Source: a virus | Reading direction: 5' to 3' (one strand) | Length of the DNA: 64,000 bases | IMG/VR virus record: IMGVR_UViG_3300026488_000001 | Location: 1-64,000 of that record | In this document: piece by piece, positions 54,931 to 64,000 of the stretch | Numbering within the stretch: the first letter of the stretch is position 1 | Layout: each line of letters begins with the position of its first letter | Made by a program: the position numbers and the translations under genes | Notes under the pieces: model-generated | Seen by the model: the letters and a program-made list of their open reading frames with translations, nothing else | Database searches by the model: none | Told to the model about the DNA's origin: nothing

Positions 54931-56544
54931 ATGTCTGCTCCTTTTGTTAATGTAGTAGAATGGGATTTGTCTCAAAGAGTTCCAGGTTTTCCTGGTGTTT
55001 ATGGTGCAATGGTAATACCTGCTAAAAGAGGTGTAGTTGGAAAACCTGTTCTTATGACTTCTCAAACTCAATACCTTAAAACTTATACTTGGAAAGAAAC
55101 AGTAGAAGTTGGAGATACAACAGCTCACTTTAGTGCTTTATCTTACCTTGAAGCGTCTAATAAACTTTGGGTAATAAGAGTAGCAAACCAAGCTAAATAT
55201 GGTGGTGCTTTAATTTCTACTGGCCAAGATTTAGATGGTTCTGGTTCTCCAGAAACTACAACTGCTCTAACTTCTGGAGTTGAAGATCCTTTTGCATTCA
55301 CTTTTCCTTCTAATGACTATGCTTTTGCTATATTTGGAGCTAATCCAGGAGAATGGAATAATAAAGTAGGGATTAAGATTTTTAACTATTCTACTTATCC
55401 TGATAAGGTTAAAGTTCCTAATGCTTTTCTTATAGAAGTATATGAGGAAGGAGATGAAGTTAATCCGGTAGAAACTTTTGTATGTTCAAGAGACCCTAAT
55501 GCTAAAGACGGTTATGGAAGAAATATTTATATTGAAGAAGCTCTTAAATCTTCCAACTACATTCAAGCAGTAGATAACCTTGCAGTAGATAAGTCAATTA
55601 ATCCTGAAGATGTTACTACCATACTTTGGCTTGGTGGTGGAGATGATGGACTTGCTGTAACTGATGCTGATATAGTTACAGCTCTTCAAACTCTCAAAAA
55701 TCCTGATGACATACCTGTAACACTTCTTATGGATGCAGGTTGGGCAACTCCTGCTGTCCAACTCGAAATGCTCAAAATAGCAGAAGAAAGACAAGATTGT
55801 GTAGCTATTCTTTCTACACCTTATAGTGCTGAAGATTCAGCTAATTACCTTAATGAAATAGTAAATTATAGAAAGACCACTCTCAATGCTAATTCTTCTT
55901 ATGGTGCTATTTATACTTCTCATGTTAAAATACTTGATAGATTTAACAATAGAGAAATTTACATTGATCCTACTGGATTTGTAGGTGGAATTATCTCTAA
56001 AACCGCTATGCAATTTGAAATTTGGTATCCACCTGCTGGTTGGAGAAGAGGAATTCTTAATGTTCTTGATGTAAGAAGAAGGTTTAGCAGAGGAGAAATG
56101 GATTATCTTTATGACAATGGAATTAACCCAATTAGGTTTAGACCTGGATATGGTATAGCTGTATGGGGTCAAAAGACTCTTCAAACTCTTCCATCTGCAC
56201 TTGATAGGCTTAATGTCAGACTTCTTCTTATTGTTATTGAACCTGCTATTAAGAAAGCACTTGAATCTTTTGTATTTGAATTTAACGATGAAACTACAAG
56301 ACTTCTTGTTAAATCTATGCTTGAGTCTTACTTGCAAAACATTAAGGCAAGAAGAGGTATTTACGACTTTATGGTTAAGTGTGATGAGGAGAATAACACC
56401 CCTGAAGATATAGATAACTATAGGTTAAATGTTTGGGTATTTATTCAACCAACCAAGTCTGCTGAATTTATCAAAGTTCCTATTATCATAACAAGGACTG
56501 GAGCTAATTTTGGTCAAATAGCTTCTACTCTTCTAGGAGGTTAA
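54931..56544 (+). CDS. Contractile tail sheath protein (gp18-like)
   Basis: PGEWNN, WYPPAGWRRG, GINPI, WGQKTLQ, RLNVRLL, CDEENNTPE. Confidence 0.95.
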   Translation: MSAPFVNVVEWDLSQRVPGFPGVYGAMVIPAKRGVVGKPVLMTSQTQYLKTYTWKETVEVGDTTAHFSALSYLEASNKLWVIRVANQAKYGGALISTGQDLDGSGSPETTTALTSGVEDPFAFTFPSNDYAFAIFGANPGEWNNKVGIKIFNYSTYPDKVKVPNAFLIEVYEEGDEVNPVETFVCSRDPNAKDGYGRNIYIEEALKSSNYIQAVDNLAVDKSINPEDVTTILWLGGGDDGLAVTDADIVTALQTLKNPDDIPVTLLMDAGWATPAVQLEMLKIAEERQDCVAILSTPYSAEDSANYLNEIVNYRKTTLNANSSYGAIYTSHVKILDRFNNREIYIDPTGFVGGIISKTAMQFEIWYPPAGWRRGILNVLDVRRRFSRGEMDYLYDNGINPIRFRPGYGIAVWGQKTLQTLPSALDRLNVRLLLIVIEPAIKKALESFVFEFNDETTRLLVKSMLESYLQNIKARRGIYDFMVKCDEENNTPEDIDNYRLNVWVFIQPTKSAEFIKVPIIITRTGANFGQIASTLLGG

Positions 56545-56546
56545 TA

Positions 56547-56570
56547 GGGGTAGGAATGTCCTACCCTTTT
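56547..56570 (+). terminator. Intrinsic terminator / hairpin
   Basis: GGGTAGGA/TCCTACCC plus TTTT. Confidence 0.6.
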
Positions 56571-56599
56571 CTTTAACTTGAAAAATGGAGGTTTAAATA

Positions 56600-57121
56600 A
56601 TGGCAAGACCTACTCTTTCCCAACTAAGAGCTTTACCTGATAAAAGAACAACCTACCAATGGAATCTTACTTTTGAAACTTTTCCTTCTGCTGTTTCAAC
56701 TAACTTATCATCTGAAGATATAAATCTTAGATGTATTTCTACAACAGCTCCCTCTAAGGAAGTTCAGAAGATTGAATATAACATAAGAGGATTCACACTT
56801 CACCAACCTGGAACTTATACAGTAAACTCCCCTATCGAATTTACTTTCATATCTCCTGTTGATATGAAGATTGAAGAATTCTTTAGGAATTGGAGAGAAG
56901 CCTGCACAGCTACTGATACAATGAATCATAAATCTATGGAAGAAGTTACTTGTAATATCATTATTACCCTCCTTGATAGAGAAGATAAGCCGATATGGAA
57001 GTATAAGCTGATTGGTTGTTGGCTTTCTAAATATGAAACAGGAGATTTAAATGCTGATAATGCAGTAGCTAATACTACTGCAACTATTGAATTTATAGAT
57101 TTTGAAGATGGGGCTGTATAA
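56600..57121 (+). CDS. Tail tube protein (gp19-like)
   Basis: Follows sheath; FFRNW, WKYKLIGCWLS. Confidence 0.85.
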   Translation: MARPTLSQLRALPDKRTTYQWNLTFETFPSAVSTNLSSEDINLRCISTTAPSKEVQKIEYNIRGFTLHQPGTYTVNSPIEFTFISPVDMKIEEFFRNWREACTATDTMNHKSMEEVTCNIIITLLDREDKPIWKYKLIGCWLSKYETGDLNADNAVANTTATIEFIDFEDGAV

Positions 57122-57133
57122 GAGGGATAAGAT

Positions 57134-57628
57134 ATGAGACTTTCGATTTCTAAGTTGAGAGGGTTTATACCCTCTCGTTCTTATAAATGGGATATAAAAT
57201 TTCAATCGTTACCTAATTCCAAAGTTCCTAATCCTCCTGACCCTTTTTCTGATTGGTTTCCTGCTGTGTCTTGTGAAGTAGATGAACAAAATTTTAGTGA
57301 GGGAGATTTTTCAGTAGGAGGATTTTCTTTTAGTTACCCATCAAATATTAGTCTGGGTTCAGTTTCATTATCTTTTATACCAGATGAAGAAGAGAAAATA
57401 GTTGATTGGTTAAAATATCAAGAAGATTTAAGAAAACAAGGTTATCTACTATCTGACTTAATAGTAGGATTGTATATTGTAAAGTATTCAGGTGATAATC
57501 AAATAGTTAGGTCTTATAATTTAATCGTATTTTTATCCTCAAATATAAAAAGGAGTTGGAATTCAGATAATAGTGTAGAAGTTATCCCAGTAGAATTCAA
57601 GATAGCTGGATTTCTTCAAAAGAAATGA
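57134..57628 (+). CDS. Tube-fold baseplate protein (gp54/gp19-like)
   Basis: Paralogous N-terminus to the tube protein (SKLRG..RSYKWDI.F). Confidence 0.6.
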   Translation: MRLSISKLRGFIPSRSYKWDIKFQSLPNSKVPNPPDPFSDWFPAVSCEVDEQNFSEGDFSVGGFSFSYPSNISLGSVSLSFIPDEEEKIVDWLKYQEDLRKQGYLLSDLIVGLYIVKYSGDNQIVRSYNLIVFLSSNIKRSWNSDNSVEVIPVEFKIAGFLQKK

Positions 57629-57645
57629 TTGGGATGAGGTTTTAG

Positions 57646-58407
57646 ATGAAAGCATACACTAAAGAGGAATTTGTTAATCAAAAATCAATTCAACCGAGAT
57701 TACCAGAATACAAAGTAAAAGATTTACCATCTAAGGGTATTTTCTATCCAAAAGGGTTTTCTATCAAGATTAGACCATATACATACGGGGAGATAAAATA
57801 TATATCCCAATCTGATATTGGATTAAAAGACAAAATTAGGTTTATACTTGAGGGGGTAGTTACAGAAAATCTTGATAAAGAAGATTTAACTTTTTATGAT
57901 TTCATCTTTCTCGGATTGCTTAGAAGATTATACTCTTTTGGAACTGAAGAATTAAAAATTACGATTACTTGTGAATGCGGTAACAGGATTGAAAAAGTTT
58001 TTGTTACTGAAGACATAGAATTTGAAGATATAAGTGTTAGTTCTTATAAGCCTATTAAGGTAGAGTATAACGGACAAATTTTGTTAATAGATGTCTTTAG
58101 GATAAAAGATATACTGAATTCAGATTACTCTTTTGATTCTTTATCAGAGGAAGACCAATTAGCTTTTCATATCAAGTCTTTACCATTTCAACAAGCTAAA
58201 GAATTTATATCCAATCTAATTCCTTTTGACTTACAAGAACTTGATAAAATTATTTCGAGTAGATTTTTCCATTACATAAAACCTTTCCAAATTAAATGTG
58301 ACAAGTGCGGTAAAATAAATCAAGTTGACTTGATAGATGGGGTGGATTTAATTACTCCCTTTCGTAGAAGTGAAAGAACTTCTTCATTTAGAATACTTGA
58401 CGATTAA
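57646..58407 (+). CDS. Baseplate hub assembly / tail chaperone (gp26-like), with probable +1 frameshift extension to 58510
   Basis: LPSKGIFY, IRPYT, CECG and CDKC; upstream of tape measure. Confidence 0.75.
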   Translation: MKAYTKEEFVNQKSIQPRLPEYKVKDLPSKGIFYPKGFSIKIRPYTYGEIKYISQSDIGLKDKIRFILEGVVTENLDKEDLTFYDFIFLGLLRRLYSFGTEELKITITCECGNRIEKVFVTEDIEFEDISVSSYKPIKVEYNGQILLIDVFRIKDILNSDYSFDSLSEEDQLAFHIKSLPFQQAKEFISNLIPFDLQELDKIISSRFFHYIKPFQIKCDKCGKINQVDLIDGVDLITPFRRSERTSSFRILDD

Positions 58408-58490
58408 ATTTGGTTTTGCTGATGCTTATACTATTAACTTTCTTGACTATGCTACTCTTCTTTTCTTACACAAATTAGAGGCCGAATACA

Positions 58491-60287
58491 ATGAAAAGAA
58501 TAAGTCTTAGTAAACTCATACCAGAAACTACATCTTTGATAGTAAGGGAAACAAAAATAGTAATTGATAGGTTGATAGGAAAATCTGAAACAGAGAACCT
58601 TCATAGGCAGTTAGAACAGATTGCTTATAAGAACAAAGCTCTAATATCAGTTATTAAAGAACTTAAACTTTCTAAAGAACAAAGAGAAACAGTTAACAAA
58701 ATCATACCTATTCTTGATAAGGTTTCTACAAATATTCTCAACCGAGAGAGGATTTCTAAGGAGGAAGCTGACAAATACATAAAAGCTACTGATAAACTCG
58801 TTCAAGTTCTTAATGAGCTTCCTGATAACCTATCAGCTTCTCTAAATCCTATTATCAGAACTCTTACTGAAGTTTTAAAGAATAGTAAAGTAAGCATTGA
58901 AACTAAATATCAAGTTTTTAAGGACACTTTAGATTCTCTTGTTGAACTTAATAAACTACCTAAAGAGCTTGAAAAGTATCGTGGAATTGATAAGGATACT
59001 TTTCTGAAGTATCAGAAGGATATTATCAAAACCCTTGCTGATAAAAGTCTTCTTCAACAGTTTAAACAAGAGGAAAAATTTAATGATTTGATAGCTAAGT
59101 TTGATGAGTTAACTAAATCGAAAGAATTATTTGAGAAGAAGAAAGATGAAAAGTCTTTAGCTCAAAAGTTTCTTGAAAGACCTTTACAACTTGCAAGAGG
59201 AAGAGGATTTCTTAGTGGAGCAGTTGAACTTGGTTTTTCAATGCTTGGAATGCCCGGAGTAGGGCAGTTAGTTGGAGATTTGTTAGAAGGAACGATAGGA
59301 GATTACTTATTCAAAGGTTTAGGAAAAGGGTTAAGGTTTGGAGGTAAGTTATTAAAACTTGGAGGAAACAAGTTATTAGGGAAAGTAGGAGGTAGGTTAG
59401 CATTATCTACATTACCTTCCTTGCTTCCATCTATTCCTGCATTAGCTAATAGTGGAATAGGGTTATTATCTAAAGGAGTTGGATTATTAGGAGGTGCTTC
59501 AAGAATACTACCTGGAGTAGGTTTATTAGCTACTGCTGGATATTCTCTTTACAAAGGGTTTAAAGGATGGCAAAGAGCTAATGAAATATTCGGAACTGAT
59601 AAAGCTACTCTTGGCCAAAAAACTTCAGCTGGTATAGGAGGAGCTTTATCAGGTTTAACTTTTGGTCTTCTTCCTGAAGATACAGTTGCTAAGTTTGTTT
59701 ACAAAATAGGGGATTTAGGAGTTGAGTTTTTCAAGAAAGTATTTGACTTTAACCCTATTTTACTAACAACTAAAGTTAGCAAGTATCTTTTTAACAAAGT
59801 TCAGGATTTTGGTTCAAGTATAGCTAATGGTTTATCTTCAGTAAAAGATTTTCTATGGAATAAGTTTACTTCAATAGGTAAGTGGTTAGAAAACACTTTC
59901 TATTTACCAAAAATACCTTCTTTACTTGAATTGATAAAGAATTTTTTAGGAAAGTTTTTACCTGGATTTAACCTGTTTGAAACTGCAAGTAAGGGTGTTA
60001 ATTCTCTTCTTTCAAAAGGTATTTCTTCTGTAAAGTCATTCTTTGGGTTTGATAATGATAATAAGAATGAACCTAAAGCAGAAGTAGTTAATCATAAGTC
60101 AACTTCTACAGTAACTCAATCTGAAAAGGTTTATGTAGAAAAGTCAAAATCTTCTGAATCTAAAGTAACTCAACCAATTGTAGTTCAACAATCACAACAA
60201 GAGAAAAAAGAAACTCCAACTATACCAACTCAAAAAGAAATTGATAGTTATGGAATAGCATTTACTAATGCTTTGCTTTTTGATTAG
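58491..60287 (+). CDS. Tape measure protein
   Basis: Helical N-half, Gly/Leu-rich hydrophobic centre, W/F-spaced repeats; position. Confidence 0.8.
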   Translation: MKRISLSKLIPETTSLIVRETKIVIDRLIGKSETENLHRQLEQIAYKNKALISVIKELKLSKEQRETVNKIIPILDKVSTNILNRERISKEEADKYIKATDKLVQVLNELPDNLSASLNPIIRTLTEVLKNSKVSIETKYQVFKDTLDSLVELNKLPKELEKYRGIDKDTFLKYQKDIIKTLADKSLLQQFKQEEKFNDLIAKFDELTKSKELFEKKKDEKSLAQKFLERPLQLARGRGFLSGAVELGFSMLGMPGVGQLVGDLLEGTIGDYLFKGLGKGLRFGGKLLKLGGNKLLGKVGGRLALSTLPSLLPSIPALANSGIGLLSKGVGLLGGASRILPGVGLLATAGYSLYKGFKGWQRANEIFGTDKATLGQKTSAGIGGALSGLTFGLLPEDTVAKFVYKIGDLGVEFFKKVFDFNPILLTTKVSKYLFNKVQDFGSSIANGLSSVKDFLWNKFTSIGKWLENTFYLPKIPSLLELIKNFLGKFLPGFNLFETASKGVNSLLSKGISSVKSFFGFDNDNKNEPKAEVVNHKSTSTVTQSEKVYVEKSKSSESKVTQPIVVQQSQQEKKETPTIPTQKEIDSYGIAFTNALLFD

Positions 60288-60295
60288 GAGTAGTT

Positions 60296-60931
60296 ATGTT
60301 AGAAATAGAAAAACTATATTCTGATCTTAAATATACAGTCCAGATTATAGCTCCTGGTCTTGGGAGCTATCTTTTTCTTTATTCTGGTCAGTTTACTTTT
60401 TCTGGTAGTGCTGAATTTACCACTATGTTTCAATCATCAAGAATAAATCAAATTAAGCAAATAGGAATTCAAGCTCAGCAAATAGCATCTGAGTTAGGTG
60501 TAAAAAATGCAAGTCAGTTAGGAGTAATAGAGACTGTTAATCAAACTTTGGCAATTTTTACAGGATATTCCAAACCAACTATTACAGTTCAGGTTTTAGA
60601 TTATGCATATTCAAAAGATCACAATCCAGTAACAAGACTTAAACAACTTTTAAGGGCTGTTTATCCTGAAGTTGTTAATGAAGTAACAATTTCTAAACCA
60701 TTTAACTATCAACCTGATCTTAAAAATCCTAAAAGTGCTAAAGGATTAGTAGGAGTTAGGGTTTCTACTTTCTTTGAAGCTCATTCTTTCTTTGTTATAA
60801 GAAATGTAAATCTATCCTTTTCACAAGAAATTTCTAAATATGGATTTCCAATTTATGGGACTGCTGAAATAACATTTGAACCTTACAAGTTACCTTCTTT
60901 TAGTGAAGTTCAATCTTGGTTCAAGTTTTAG
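60296..60931 (+). CDS. Baseplate / tube initiator protein
   Basis: Position; VIRNVNLSF...GFPIYGTAEITF. Confidence 0.55.
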   Translation: MLEIEKLYSDLKYTVQIIAPGLGSYLFLYSGQFTFSGSAEFTTMFQSSRINQIKQIGIQAQQIASELGVKNASQLGVIETVNQTLAIFTGYSKPTITVQVLDYAYSKDHNPVTRLKQLLRAVYPEVVNEVTISKPFNYQPDLKNPKSAKGLVGVRVSTFFEAHSFFVIRNVNLSFSQEISKYGFPIYGTAEITFEPYKLPSFSEVQSWFKF

Positions 60932-60940
60932 GAGAAAAAG

Positions 60941-61288
60941 ATGTATTTTATTAATCTCAACTATCAAGGAACACCTAAATATTCATTGGGGAGATTTTGT
61001 GAATATTTAGATGACTTATACGACGTCATTCCAAGTTATTTTCTTCAAAGATTAAGAAATTTACCTGTCAAAGGGTATCTAACAATAACTCCTGATTTGG
61101 AGTTTAGACCAGACTTACTTTCCTATAACCTTTATGGTGAAACTCAATATTGGTGGTTATTACTTTTCTATAACGATTTAATTAGTTTTGAAGATTTAGT
61201 TTCAGGGTTGGAAATAAAGTATTTTGATTTGGTTGATTTGGAATCTCTTTATCTCTCTTTGAAACCTTTAGAGTTAACCAGAGGATAA
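60941..61288 (+). CDS. Baseplate wedge protein (gp53/LysM-like)
   Basis: RPDLLSYNLYG...WWLLLFYN. Confidence 0.85.
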   Translation: MYFINLNYQGTPKYSLGRFCEYLDDLYDVIPSYFLQRLRNLPVKGYLTITPDLEFRPDLLSYNLYGETQYWWLLLFYNDLISFEDLVSGLEIKYFDLVDLESLYLSLKPLELTRG

Positions 61289-61292
61289 TTCT

Positions 61293-62402
61293 ATGATAAG
61301 ACTTGAAAAACAGCAGTTTCTAAAGTTTGAATTAAAGGGTAATGATTTTATTGATACAGAAAACTTTATTAAGTTTGTAGTAATAGAAGAAGCAGGAAAT
61401 TACTTACCCTCTTTTGAACTTGAATTCCTTACTCAAGATTTAGAGCTTCTAAAAGAATTCAAAGAAACTACTCCGATTAACCTTACTTTTGGATTTGATA
61501 TTTCGGAATCTCTCCAATCTCAATTCTTAATATTGGAAAAAGAATATTCAAAAGTTGGTAATGCTTACAAAGTAAATGTTAAAGGAATATACAATTGTCC
61601 GAGTTACCTTTATCAATCAAGAATTAACTATTATGAAGATACTTCGATTAATGTTATAAAACAAGTTGTTTCAACTTCATTCAAAGAATCAGAATTTTCA
61701 ACTCTTTCTTCAAAGGATAAGCAAGTATGGATTCAATACAATATTCCAGATAGAAAGTTTATAACTGAGGTTTGGTTACACTCTTACTTATCAGAAGACA
61801 ATTTCCTATTAATAGGAATTACATCTTTTGGAAAGTTTAAATGTTTATCGTTTAAGGAGATTATTCAGAAACAACCTTGGAAAGCTTATGGAATTAACAA
61901 AACAAATCTATCAGAAAGAGAATTCATTTTTGATAGTGATATAAGAATAGAATCTAAAACAGGATTCATAAACAAACTTATAACCAATAGGGAAATAGTT
62001 ACTTATGATAAACTTCAAAACTCTTATTCAAATGAAACATTACAGTTTCAACCTTTACTCGGTTTAACGACTGATATTGATTCTTCAACTCAACCCAAGT
62101 TTCAATCTTATAACCAAGTAGATACTGATAATGTTCATCCTAATTTCCCAAAAGCATATGAAAGGAACTTGGCTAATCTTCTATTACTAAGCAGAACTCA
62201 AATTGAATTATCTTATACAGCAACTTTTTATCCTCATGAAGTATTAGATCCTGTGTATGTAATTGATAGTCATCCTAAAACTAAAGGTTTTGAAGATTTG
62301 TATGCTGGACTATACATAGTAAGCAAGGTTGTAAGGATTTTTGCTAACAAGTCAATGAGAACAACTTTAACTTTAGTTAGAGATACTTTAAACCTTGACT
62401 AA
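61293..62402 (+). CDS. Baseplate hub protein (gp27-like)
   Basis: Position; C-terminal YAGLYIVSKVVR...LVRD. Confidence 0.65.
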   Translation: MIRLEKQQFLKFELKGNDFIDTENFIKFVVIEEAGNYLPSFELEFLTQDLELLKEFKETTPINLTFGFDISESLQSQFLILEKEYSKVGNAYKVNVKGIYNCPSYLYQSRINYYEDTSINVIKQVVSTSFKESEFSTLSSKDKQVWIQYNIPDRKFITEVWLHSYLSEDNFLLIGITSFGKFKCLSFKEIIQKQPWKAYGINKTNLSEREFIFDSDIRIESKTGFINKLITNREIVTYDKLQNSYSNETLQFQPLLGLTTDIDSSTQPKFQSYNQVDTDNVHPNFPKAYERNLANLLLLSRTQIELSYTATFYPHEVLDPVYVIDSHPKTKGFEDLYAGLYIVSKVVRIFANKSMRTTLTLVRDTLNLD

Positions 62403-62459
62403 AACAATCTCTCTCGTAAACATATTTGGCCATTATCAGACTTTCTACCCAATCTAAAG
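62401..62459 (+). repeat. Third intergenic repeat family, copy 1
   Basis: AAAACAATCTCT..AACATATTTGGCCATTATC.GA.TTTCTA..AATCTAAAG, shared with 63942-64000. Confidence 0.8.
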
Positions 62460-62525
62460 GGGTTATACTTAATTCAATCAAAACTCTCTTAAATCGGAAA
62501 TATATTAACGGATAGGAAAGCAGAT

Positions 62526-63134
62526 ATGCTAATTAAACTCTACGATATTCTGCAAAAGAATGATTTACTCAGTAGGTTATGGATTGGTAAAGTTGTAAAC
62601 AACAATGATCCAAAGAAACTTGGTAGAATCAAAGTTCAAATTCCACCACTCTTTCAAGGAATACCTACTGACAAACTTCCTTGGATTTCTCCAGTTAGAC
62701 CTATTCTATTAGGAGGTAAATCTGATACTTCAAGTTTTAGTATTCCAGAACTAAACTCTTATGTAATAGTTAAGTTTGAAAAATCAATCTACAATGCTTA
62801 TTACTTGGGAGAAATTCAATCTTTAGATACTCATCAATCTTTATTCAATGAAAACTACCCTTTCACTTATGGTTTTCTTGATTCAACAGGAACTTATCTT
62901 AAAATCAATAAGCAAACTAAAGTTACTGAATTTTATCACACTTCAGGAACTAAGATTACAATAGATGCTCAAGGTAATGTTACCATCAATATTCCATCTA
63001 ACCAAACTATAACAGTAGGTAAAGATTCAAATATTACTATTCAAGGTAACTGTAATATATCTGTATCTGGTAATACTAATATTTCATCAGGAGGAGATAT
63101 AACAATATCAGGTAGTTCCATTAACCTTAATTAA
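62526..63134 (+). CDS. Baseplate spike (gp5 OB-fold and beta-helix)
   Basis: VVNNNDPKKLGRIKV, LPW, HTSGT, beta-repeat tail. Confidence 0.88.
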   Translation: MLIKLYDILQKNDLLSRLWIGKVVNNNDPKKLGRIKVQIPPLFQGIPTDKLPWISPVRPILLGGKSDTSSFSIPELNSYVIVKFEKSIYNAYYLGEIQSLDTHQSLFNENYPFTYGFLDSTGTYLKINKQTKVTEFYHTSGTKITIDAQGNVTINIPSNQTITVGKDSNITIQGNCNISVSGNTNISSGGDITISGSSINLN

Positions 63135-63136
63135 CT

Positions 63137-63190
63137 TCTATTTTCAGTAGGTTTTACTTGATTTACAATACTTATTAGAGTTTCATAAAA
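63137..63190 (+). repeat. About 54-bp hairpin repeat, copy D
   Basis: Reverse complement of copy B with about two mismatches. Confidence 0.88.
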
Positions 63191-63203
63191 CTCAGAGGAA
63201 TAT

Positions 63204-63494
63204 ATGAAAATAGCAAGAGTAGATGATATATTTGAAGGTTACTGTAAGATATGTGATACTAACGTAACAGGAAGAATAATAACAGGTTCTGATAATGTAT
63301 TTGTTAATTCAAAAAGAGTAGCAAGAATAGATGATATAGTTCAAGCTACTTGTGGTCATATAGGAAGAATAATAACAGGTTCTAACTCTGTTAAGGTTAA
63401 TGGTAGATATATAGCAATAAAAGGTTCTCAAGTAGATGGTGATATAGCTGGTTATATAGTAACAGGTTCTGATAATGTTTTCACTAATAGTTAA
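63204..63494 (+). CDS. PAAR-like spike tip
   Basis: IARVDD, GSDNVFVN, VARIDD, CGH repeats. Confidence 0.88.
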   Translation: MKIARVDDIFEGYCKICDTNVTGRIITGSDNVFVNSKRVARIDDIVQATCGHIGRIITGSNSVKVNGRYIAIKGSQVDGDIAGYIVTGSDNVFTNS

Positions 63495-63497
63495 CTC

Positions 63498-63554
63498 TCT
63501 CCATTTTCAGTAGGTTTTATAAGTATTACAATATTTATTAGAAGTTTATGAAAT
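63498..63554 (+). repeat. About 54-bp hairpin repeat, copy E
   Basis: Closest to the reverse complement of copy A. Confidence 0.88.
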
Positions 63555-63573
63555 ATTAATAGAGAGAAGAGAA

Positions 63574-63939
63574 ATGGAAAAGGTTATATACAAGGATTTA
63601 AACAATAAAGCTAATCCTAATAATCCAACTTTAACTAATGAATATGCTGTATTTCAAGCATTAGATAATCTTCTCCTTACTAACATAGGAGAAAGACTGT
63701 TCTTACCAGAGTTTGGTTGTAAGTTAGAAGAGTTATTATTTCAACCAATAGATGAAATAACAGCTTTTGAGATTAAACATTACATTATAGAAGCTGTAAG
63801 GAGATGGGAACAAAGGGTAGAGTTAATATCTACTGAAGTAATTCCTAAACCAGATGATAATGCTTACGAGATAAGATTGATATTTAAGATAGTTGGATTG
63901 GAAGGTGAATATAAGTGGGAAAGGATAATACAAAGGTAA
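63574..63939 (+). CDS. Baseplate wedge gp25-like protein
   Basis: LLTNIGERLFLPEFGC, LLFQP, WEQRV. Confidence 0.92.
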   Translation: MEKVIYKDLNNKANPNNPTLTNEYAVFQALDNLLLTNIGERLFLPEFGCKLEELLFQPIDEITAFEIKHYIIEAVRRWEQRVELISTEVIPKPDDNAYEIRLIFKIVGLEGEYKWERIIQR

Positions 63940-63941
63940 CC

Positions 63942-64000
63942 AAAACAATCTCTGAGATTAACATATTTGGCCATTATCGGATTTTCTATCTAATCTAAAG
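63942..64000 (+). repeat. Third intergenic repeat family, copy 2 (runs off window)
   Basis: Similar to 62401-62459. Confidence 0.75.

Noticed and set aside
1-64000. tRNA genes, reverse transcriptase/DGR, integrase, stop-codon reassignment
   Set aside because: None recognised; genes are full length and densely packed under the standard code

Overview
A 64 kb segment of an AT-rich tailed phage genome with a T4-like myovirus structural gene set. The E/K/I-rich proteins, strong GGAGG ribosome-binding sites, ThyX and a dicluster ferredoxin suggest a thermophilic anaerobic or microaerophilic bacterial host (inference). Positions 1-24.65 kb are transcribed leftward and encode replication and recombination functions: SbcD-like nuclease (partial), UDG-PolA fusion, DnaB helicase, FEN, dUTPase, primase, UvsW, RecA/UvsX, SSB and an AEP primase-polymerase-like protein, plus a TnpB-only IS200/IS605 element. 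From 24.7 kb transcription is rightward: nucleotide metabolism (ThyX, NrdA/B, dNMP kinase), three more DNA methyltransferases, resolvase, packaging, head, tail and baseplate genes. Main observations: (1) the large terminase is a fractured gene, split inside Walker A by an atypically split intein (32-aa N-fragment, 134-aa C-fragment) with a free-standing endonuclease between the halves; (2) at least ten unrelated proteins share an N-terminal leader M-x-L-I-x-E-L-x-x-L-L-E that looks like a capsid-targeting tag; (3) an AcrIII-1/DUF1874-like gene lies behind a host-type promoter; (4) a probable +1 frameshift at CCC-TTT-CGT precedes the tape measure gene; (5) a seven-copy phage promoter motif and three families of dispersed intergenic repeats; (6) an intein sits on the catalytic Cys of a probably multispecific C5 methyltransferase. 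All family assignments come from motif recognition by eye; no database searches were run.
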